Of a stretch of DNA of 64,000 bases, positions 57,782 through 64,000 are shown one piece after another; within the stretch, counting starts at the first letter, position 1; the number at the start of each line of letters is the position of its first letter. Location of the stretch: NCBI GenBank assembly GCA_045535075.1, contig JAZSKX010000014.1, positions 174,373 through 238,372 of the forward strand, read 5' to 3'. Under the pieces are notes generated by a model. The model had not been told where the DNA came from. It saw only the letters and a program-made list of their open reading frames with translations, and did not search any database. Position numbers and translations under genes: made by a program. The DNA is from Candidatus Spyradenecus sp. GTDB taxonomy: Bacteria > Verrucomicrobiota > Verrucomicrobiia > Opitutales > UBA953.

Positions 57782-58213
57782 TTACTTCAGGTTTTCCGTA
57801 ATCCCGGCGACGAGAGCCTGAGAGGCTTCGAGGTCGCCCCAAGTTCCGTATACAATCGCCACTTCCGTGTATTCGGGGAGTGTTTGAACTGCGGGATTCT
57901 TGCTGGGTTTCGGAGCGCGGCGCGTGATGTCCACCGTGATTTTCACGAATTTCGGGCCGCAGAAATAGAGTTCGGTTCCGTAGTTGGAGGGAGTGTCGCC
58001 GGCGTAGTAAAGACCGAGGTCGCGTCCGGATTTGATTGCGGCGGCCTTGACGGCTTCAACATCGTGGCTGTAGTAGCGTACGTTTTCAAGCGTACGGCGC
58101 GTCCAGGTGGCTTCGCCGGCATATTTTTCGTCCGGAATATCGACGGTAACCTTCGTGCAACCGGAGAATGCGGCTGCGGCGGCGAGGAGGGAGATTGCGA
58201 GGATTTTTTTCAT
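57782..58213 (-). CDS. small lipoprotein, hypothetical
   Basis: MKKILAISLLAAAAAFSGC lipobox. 143 aa. Confidence 0.55.
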   Translation of the reverse strand: MKKILAISLLAAAAAFSGCTKVTVDIPDEKYAGEATWTRRTLENVRYYSHDVEAVKAAAIKSGRDLGLYYAGDTPSNYGTELYFCGPKFVKITVDITRRAPKPSKNPAVQTLPEYTEVAIVYGTWGDLEASQALVAGITENLK

Positions 58214-58295
58214 AAATCAGATAAAAAACGGTTTCGGATATCAGAATTTCTTTTGTCGGAATTGGCAAATGAAAAAACGATTCGCGTTCCCGCGC

Positions 58296-59984
58296 TTAAT
58301 CTCTTTGCAGAGCGGAACAGATGGAGAGCATTTGCGGAAGCAGTTGCTTTTTTCGGGAGAGCACGCCCGGGAGCGAAAAAATGTTTTCTTCAAGCTTCTC
58401 GTGCGGGAGCGCGCGGATGACGTCGTTGTCTCCGATAATAAGCAATTCCGAAATTTCATGCGTCGCGTCGGTAACAAGCAGACCGAAGAAGGAAAGATTT
58501 TCGACTTCGATCCGGAATCTCATTTGGGCGGCTAGCTCCTGCTTGCGTGTGTGCAGAAGGTTTAAATCGGTTTCTTCAACTTGTGCGAGAGCGAATTTGT
58601 AGCGACCTTCGTGGTAGTCTTTGCGGTCGCCGGAAATAACGGCGGTTGCCGATTTTGTCGTCAGCGCCGATTCGATTTGCATCATTTCCTGCATCAGCGT
58701 TCGCGCATCGACGCCGCAGAGTGATTCGAGCCAAGCGCAGATTTCGCGGTCGATCGGCGAGGTCGTCGGCGATTTAAGCAAAAGCGTGTCGGAGATGAGT
58801 CCGCCGAGCAGTAATCCGGCGGTTTGCGGCGAAAGCTCAATATTTTCGCTACGGAACATCTTTGCGACCAGCGTGCAGGTGCTGCCGACGGTATCGCCCG
58901 TAAAACGAATCGGATTTTCCGAGTAAAACATGCTGATGCGGTGGTGATCCACGACTTCAATTACGGGAAGCTCTTCAATGCCCGGCAGGTATTGCGTCGG
59001 TTCATTGTGATCGACGAGAATCACGCTGTGCGGCGGCGCTTCGGAAAGTTGTTTCTTATAAACAACGCCGAGAAGCGTTCCCGCGGCATCCGTAACGGGA
59101 AAAAGTTCCGTCGGGGCGCGAAGCATCTTTTTGCGGAAATCCCGCAGGCGGTCGTCCGGGGCGAGCACGAGGGTTTCCTCCGAGGCGATTGCCGCATGTT
59201 CGACGGGCATGCTGAATTTGAGGCGCCGCGTGACGCTTGCCGAATCCAAATCGGTTCGGATGACGGAGACGCCCGCGCGCTTTGCCGCTTCCAAAGTGGC
59301 GGGATCAATTTCGTCCGATCCCGTAATGATGAGCAATCGGATTTTATTTTCGACGGCACATGCGTGAATTCGAGGGCGGTCGCCGACGATTATTGCCAGA
59401 TTGGCGTTTTGCGCCACGGGAACGTGTCGGACGAAATTCTCCGGACTCATTGCCGCAACATAAACATCGAAATTCTGCTCCGTTTCCGCATCGTGGATCG
59501 AAAGAATTTCCGCTTCCAAAACACGGCAGATCAGAGAAACGGAACTGTAGATACGCCGCCCGGTGAAGCCGTCGCTTTCACAGTCGCCGATGCTCATCAA
59601 CTGCGAGAGCAGGGCAACGGAACTCAGCATGCCGAGATATTTTCCGTCGGCGTTAACGACGGGAAGCCGCAATGTGGTGGATGTCCGCAAACGGTTGACG
59701 GCATCGAAAAGTGTCGTTCCCGCCTCAATCGCCGGCGGCGGGCGCATCAAATCGCGCATGCGAAGAAAAACATCGTGATGTTCTTCCGGAGCATCCGAGC
59801 CGAAACGCTTAAAAAGAAACGCCGCACGCTCGGGAAGAACGCCCGGACAAATCGGAATAATTTTTGTATCCGGAAAATAATGACGCCGGAGTTCCGCCAA
59901 GGCGTACGCGCTTGCAATGCTGTCCACATCCGGATTGCGATGTCCGGAAACAAAAATACATTTCGGAGCTTTTGGAATTTCCAT
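58296..59984 (-). CDS. CBS-domain-containing family II inorganic pyrophosphatase (DHH-CBS-DRTGG-DHHA2)
   Basis: SGHRNPDVDSIASAYA (DHH N-terminus), an inserted CBS/DRTGG-like region, VVDHHRI, and a C-terminal DHHA2-like region. Confidence 0.7.
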   Translation of the reverse strand: MEIPKAPKCIFVSGHRNPDVDSIASAYALAELRRHYFPDTKIIPICPGVLPERAAFLFKRFGSDAPEEHHDVFLRMRDLMRPPPAIEAGTTLFDAVNRLRTSTTLRLPVVNADGKYLGMLSSVALLSQLMSIGDCESDGFTGRRIYSSVSLICRVLEAEILSIHDAETEQNFDVYVAAMSPENFVRHVPVAQNANLAIIVGDRPRIHACAVENKIRLLIITGSDEIDPATLEAAKRAGVSVIRTDLDSASVTRRLKFSMPVEHAAIASEETLVLAPDDRLRDFRKKMLRAPTELFPVTDAAGTLLGVVYKKQLSEAPPHSVILVDHNEPTQYLPGIEELPVIEVVDHHRISMFYSENPIRFTGDTVGSTCTLVAKMFRSENIELSPQTAGLLLGGLISDTLLLKSPTTSPIDREICAWLESLCGVDARTLMQEMMQIESALTTKSATAVISGDRKDYHEGRYKFALAQVEETDLNLLHTRKQELAAQMRFRIEVENLSFFGLLVTDATHEISELLIIGDNDVIRALPHEKLEENIFSLPGVLSRKKQLLPQMLSICSALQRD

Positions 59985-60025
59985 CGTCGTATCAGCTTAA
60001 TTTTTGTGAAACATGGTTGTCGCTT

Positions 60026-61207
60026 CTATGCTTTGAGAAAAATTTTGGCGCGGAAGCAAATCCAAAGAATCAGAAAGAGAATCACGGCGTTCCCGCAGGC
60101 AAAAAAGATTTCCGGGCGAGCGACGTCAAACGCGCGGAGCAGGCCGCCGAGCAGGGGGCGCGTGATGCCGTTGAAATTAATTAAACCGACTTCCGGACTG
60201 AGCATGTAGGCAAGGATCGAATTCATGCCGATGATTTTCAGCCAAGCGATCCCGCGTTTTTTGCCGAGCCAATCGATAAGTCCGTAAAATACCGCCATCA
60301 GCAAAATACAATACCCCGATGAAACGAGCGTAAACGTTGCCGTCCAAATGCGTTTGATTATCGGCAATCCCGCGGCGTGTCCGAGCCAGCCGAGCGCAAC
60401 GAGCGCCGTTCCCGCGATGACAAGCAAACAGAATTTCCGGGCAGGGGAACGCGTTTTGTCTTTTAGTAAAATCCCCGTGAAAACGCCGCTCATCACGGTA
60501 ACGACAAATGTCAGCGAACACCAAATCCACGCCGTGTCGTAGTATCCCGGGAAAACGATGCTTCCGTCGGCGGCGATACTCGCGCAGTCGCGCCATTTCC
60601 CGAGCAGGATTTTGTCAAGTGTTGCCGGAAAATTGAGTTCCCGCGCCCACGGCGAAGCCCCCGCCGCCTGCCAGTCTCCGAAAAACAGACAACCCGCCGT
60701 GAATATTGCAAGCAGGCTGAGCGCGAGCACGATTTGTTTTTTTTGATTCAGAAAAAGAAACGCCAAAGCCGCTCCCGCGTAGCCGATGGCAATCGCCTGC
60801 AAAGTATTCGTCAGCGGTTTGAAAACGCTTAGGTCAAACGCAAGCAGGTTTCCTTGGGCGATACAACCGAGAATCCACAGGGTAACGACGCGACGAAAAA
60901 TTCTCCAAAGCGCTTGCGTGCGCGGGAACGCGGCGTTTTCGCCGACGTATTTTGCCATGGCAAACGGAATCGAAACACCCGCTACAAACATAAAAAGCGG
61001 CATGACGAGATCCCACGCGAGAAAACCTTCCCAAGTCGCATGCGTCCAATGCGCAATATACCACGCGCCGTTCGGATGGTGCCCGAGCCACGCGTGCATG
61101 ACTGGGCCGAGCATCGTCAGCACGAATAAATCGAAACCGCGCAAAGCGTCGAGCGATTCAAGGCGCTGCGCGGGAACGACAACGGAATTTTCGGAAGTTT
61201 TTTCCAT
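60026..61207 (-). CDS. membrane acyltransferase-like protein (DUF5009/HGSNAT-like)
   Basis: RLESLDALRGFDLFVL N-terminal motif and about 10 TM helices. The start was set to the ATG at 61207, because the track's extension to 61312 runs into the tandem repeat. Confidence 0.6.
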   Translation of the reverse strand: MEKTSENSVVVPAQRLESLDALRGFDLFVLTMLGPVMHAWLGHHPNGAWYIAHWTHATWEGFLAWDLVMPLFMFVAGVSIPFAMAKYVGENAAFPRTQALWRIFRRVVTLWILGCIAQGNLLAFDLSVFKPLTNTLQAIAIGYAGAALAFLFLNQKKQIVLALSLLAIFTAGCLFFGDWQAAGASPWARELNFPATLDKILLGKWRDCASIAADGSIVFPGYYDTAWIWCSLTFVVTVMSGVFTGILLKDKTRSPARKFCLLVIAGTALVALGWLGHAAGLPIIKRIWTATFTLVSSGYCILLMAVFYGLIDWLGKKRGIAWLKIIGMNSILAYMLSPEVGLINFNGITRPLLGGLLRAFDVARPEIFFACGNAVILFLILWICFRAKIFLKA

Positions 61208-61269
61208 AAAAAATACTGTGTTCGCCGCGCTTTGTTCCCGCAAGCCCCAAAACACACTCACCTTCGGGA

Positions 61270-61800
61270 ACGAAATTGCGAGAGATTTTTGATTTAATTT
61301 CTCGCGAAGCACGCTGAGCCCGCCAAGTTTTTAAACGAGAGTGTTTTCTTCTTTTAAAAAAAGAACTCCGCATTCCTCGCGCTCTCTGCGAGAGATTTTA
61401 GTTTCTCGCGAAGCACGCTTGGCTCGCCAAGTTTTTAAACGAGAGTGTTTTCTTCTTTTAAAAAAGAACTTCGCATTCCTCGCGCTCTCTGCGAGAGATT
61501 TTAGTTTCTCGCGAAGCACGCTTAGCTCGCCAAGTTTTTAAACGAGAGTGTTTTCTTCTTTTTTTAAAAAGAACTCTGCGTTCCTCGCGCTCTCTGCGAG
61601 AGGATTTTATTTCTCGCGAAGCACGCTGAGCTCGCCAAGTTTTTAAACGAGAGTGTTTTCTTCTTTAAAAAAAAGAACTCCGCATTCCTCGCGCTCTCTG
61701 CGAGAGGATTTTATTTCTCACGAAGCGCGCTGAGTCCGCCAAGTTTTTTGGGAATGCGGGAACGGTTTTTCCTTTTAAAAAAGATTTTGCGCGCCTCAGA
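61270..61800. repeat. tandem array of a ~104-bp unit (4 near-identical units plus degenerate flanking units)
   Basis: The unit start CTCGCGAAGCACGCT recurs at 61301, 61405, 61508 and 61613, with a degenerate copy at 61717. This gives a period of 103-105 bp. Each unit contains an A/T palindrome (TTCTTTTAAAAAAGAA) and CCTCGCGCTCTCTGCGAGAG. Confidence 0.9.
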
Positions 61801-62245
61801 GTTTTTCGCAAGAGGACTTTTCTTCGTCTAAGCCGTTGACAGTACGGATAAGCGCATTTTTGAAATAAGGGTCTCCAAAATTGATAAGGTAACCTAATTT
61901 TCGCTCGGACAATTTCAAATACGTCAAAAGCTGCTTTTTATGAGCATTATTCAGAAATTCAAGCGATTTTAGTTCGATGATAACTTTGTTTTCCACAAGC
62001 AAGTCAGCCCTAAATCCGGTCTCTATACGAATACCGTCAAACTCTATCGGAACGGGAACTTGTCGCTCGACTTGTAGTCCTCGCTGTCTGAGGCGCTCGC
62101 AAAGAACGATTTCATAAACACTTTCCAAAAGCCCGGTCCCCATGCGTTGATGAATTTCAAAGGCCGTCTCAACGATAATTTTTCCGATGGCATTTTCTGT
62201 TTTTATCATAGGGGAAACTTTGTTTTTATAGACTTTTGTTTTCAA
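61796..62245 (-). CDS. GxxExxY-family protein (PD-(D/E)XK-like)
   Basis: GTGLLESVYE contains the GxxExxY signature, followed by the ADLLVENKVIIELK block. 149 aa, AT-richer than its surroundings. Confidence 0.8.
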   Translation of the reverse strand: MKTKVYKNKVSPMIKTENAIGKIIVETAFEIHQRMGTGLLESVYEIVLCERLRQRGLQVERQVPVPIEFDGIRIETGFRADLLVENKVIIELKSLEFLNNAHKKQLLTYLKLSERKLGYLINFGDPYFKNALIRTVNGLDEEKSSCEKL

Positions 62246-62261
62246 GATTAAATTCCTTCTC

Positions 62262-62340
62262 TTTTTCCGCGAAGCACGCTTAGCCCGTCGAGGTTTTAAA
62301 AGCGGGAGCGGTTTTTCTTCCTCTTAAAAAAAAGAACTGA
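62262..62340. repeat. dispersed partial copy of the 104-bp repeat family
   Basis: TTCCGCGAAGCACGCTTAGCCCGTCGAGGTTTTAAAAGCGGGAGCGGTTTTTCTTCCTCTTAAAAAAAAGAACTG aligns by eye to the array unit. Confidence 0.7.
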
Positions 62341-62846
62341 ATGCAAGCGGAGACACGACGGGCTGGAGTGCCGGAATCTTTGCCGATGCTTCGACAATGT
62401 TTGTCCTTTCCGAGAAAAACAAACTCTACGCGATTCCTTACATCGGTTTTTCGTACATGCACACGCAAGCGGCTGCGTTTGACGAAAGCGGTAGCGACAA
62501 GGCGTTTGATGTTGACGATATTTCCGGCGACAGTTTGCGCCTGCGTGCCGGATACGGTTTGACGTGGAACTTTGAGCTTGCCGGGGATCTGTGGCGAGTC
62601 GGCTTGTCTGCGGCTTATTCGTATGATCTTCTCGGCGATGAAGTTGATACTGATGTAACAACCCGTAGCGGGAAGAAAATTTCGGAAACGGCTCAGGTTT
62701 TGCCGGAAAGTGTTTTGTTGATCAGTCCGAGTGTTAACGTGGATTTGACTTCGACAATGAGTGTTTATGGGGCTTACACGTTCAGCACGGGAACGGATTC
62801 CTATGTAAACCACAGCGCGAATCTCGGTTTCCGTATGCGCTTTTAA
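62341..62846 (+). pseudogene. C-terminal remnant of an autotransporter/OMP beta-barrel gene
   Basis: The frame is open from 62328 and reads ..ASGDTTGWSAGIFADASTMFVLSEKNKLYAIPYIGFSYMH...GAYTFSTGTDSYVNHSANLGFRMRF*. It shows alternating beta-strand patterns and a terminal aromatic residue. There is no passenger or signal sequence, and the 5' end abuts a repeat copy. Confidence 0.55.
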
Positions 62847-62856
62847 CGTCGTGTGT

Positions 62857-62975
62857 GCTTCGCGAGAGATTTTAGTTTTTCGCGAAGCACGCTGAGCTCG
62901 CCGAGTTTTTTGAAAGCGGGAACTGTTTTGTCTTTTTCTAAAAAGAACTTTGCGAATCCTTGAGTTTTCGGCGAT
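62857..62975. repeat. dispersed copy of the 104-bp repeat family, containing a perfect 11-bp hairpin
   Basis: GTGCTTCGCGA-gagattttagttttt-TCGCGAAGCAC followed by GCTGAGCTCGCCGAGTTTTTTGAAAGCGGGAAC...AAAAAGAACTTTGCG. Confidence 0.7.
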
Positions 62976-62993
62976 AAAGGTAGTTTTTTTAGG

Positions 62994-64000
<1,007 letters not shown>

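Noticed and set aside
56052-60209. Plus-strand ORFs 56052..57707 (551 aa), 57731..58420 (229 aa) and 58824..60209 (461 aa)
   Set aside because: They are antisense to prs, the lipoprotein gene and the CBS-pyrophosphatase gene. The first also overlaps the DUF2339-like gene out of frame. Their composition is Arg-rich shadow-ORF-like.
61270-61800. Possible CRISPR array
   Set aside because: The ~104-bp units are directly contiguous, with no unique spacers between them. The unit length is far above the CRISPR repeat range, and no cas genes are in the window. The short ORFs the track reports here (for example 61331..61519 and 61341..61541) are repeat-generated.

Overview
The window is a gene-dense bacterial chromosomal segment. 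Most of it is moderately GC-rich core genome: asd (3' end), an LptD-like protein, scpA, rsmD, mdh, cmk, plsC, dinB, nadK, kdsD, class I fumarase, coaB, ssrA/tmRNA, a pgpH-like HD protein, ybeY, ffh, dnaK, prs and ettA (5' part). It also carries envelope and glycan-foraging genes: a Ser-type sulfatase, an M60-like peptidase, an SGNH esterase, a TolC/MFP pair and LptF/G. PEP-CTERM tails, Pmp-type repeats and the sulfatase suggest a PVC-group organism (Verrucomicrobia/Lentisphaerae-like); this is inference only.

The main finding is a visibly AT-richer, co-directional minus-strand cluster at about 47.6-53.6 kb.
- It encodes two PEP-CTERM surface proteins, one with about 14 chlamydial Pmp-type FxxN/GGAI repeats.
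- These are followed by two paralogous radical SAM/SPASM enzymes.
- Between the two enzymes lies a 47-codon Cys-rich ORF (48907..49050, minus) that is too short for the supplied ORF track. I read this as a candidate RiPP (thioether/ranthipeptide-like) maturation locus.

Other signals:
- The 8-mer CGGGAACG/CGTTCCCG is strongly over-represented throughout the core genome. It also forms the stems of at least four intrinsic terminators, yet is missing from the rSAM island.
- A ~104-bp tandem repeat array (5 units) has dispersed copies flanking a GxxExxY-family gene and a truncated autotransporter barrel.
- A 253-bp inverted-repeat, iteron-like element sits upstream of the PEP-CTERM operon.
- guaA and coaB are stand-alone (split) domain genes.
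- An SDR-like protein carries a ~270-aa polybasic disordered tail.

All family assignments come from motifs read by eye; no searches were run.
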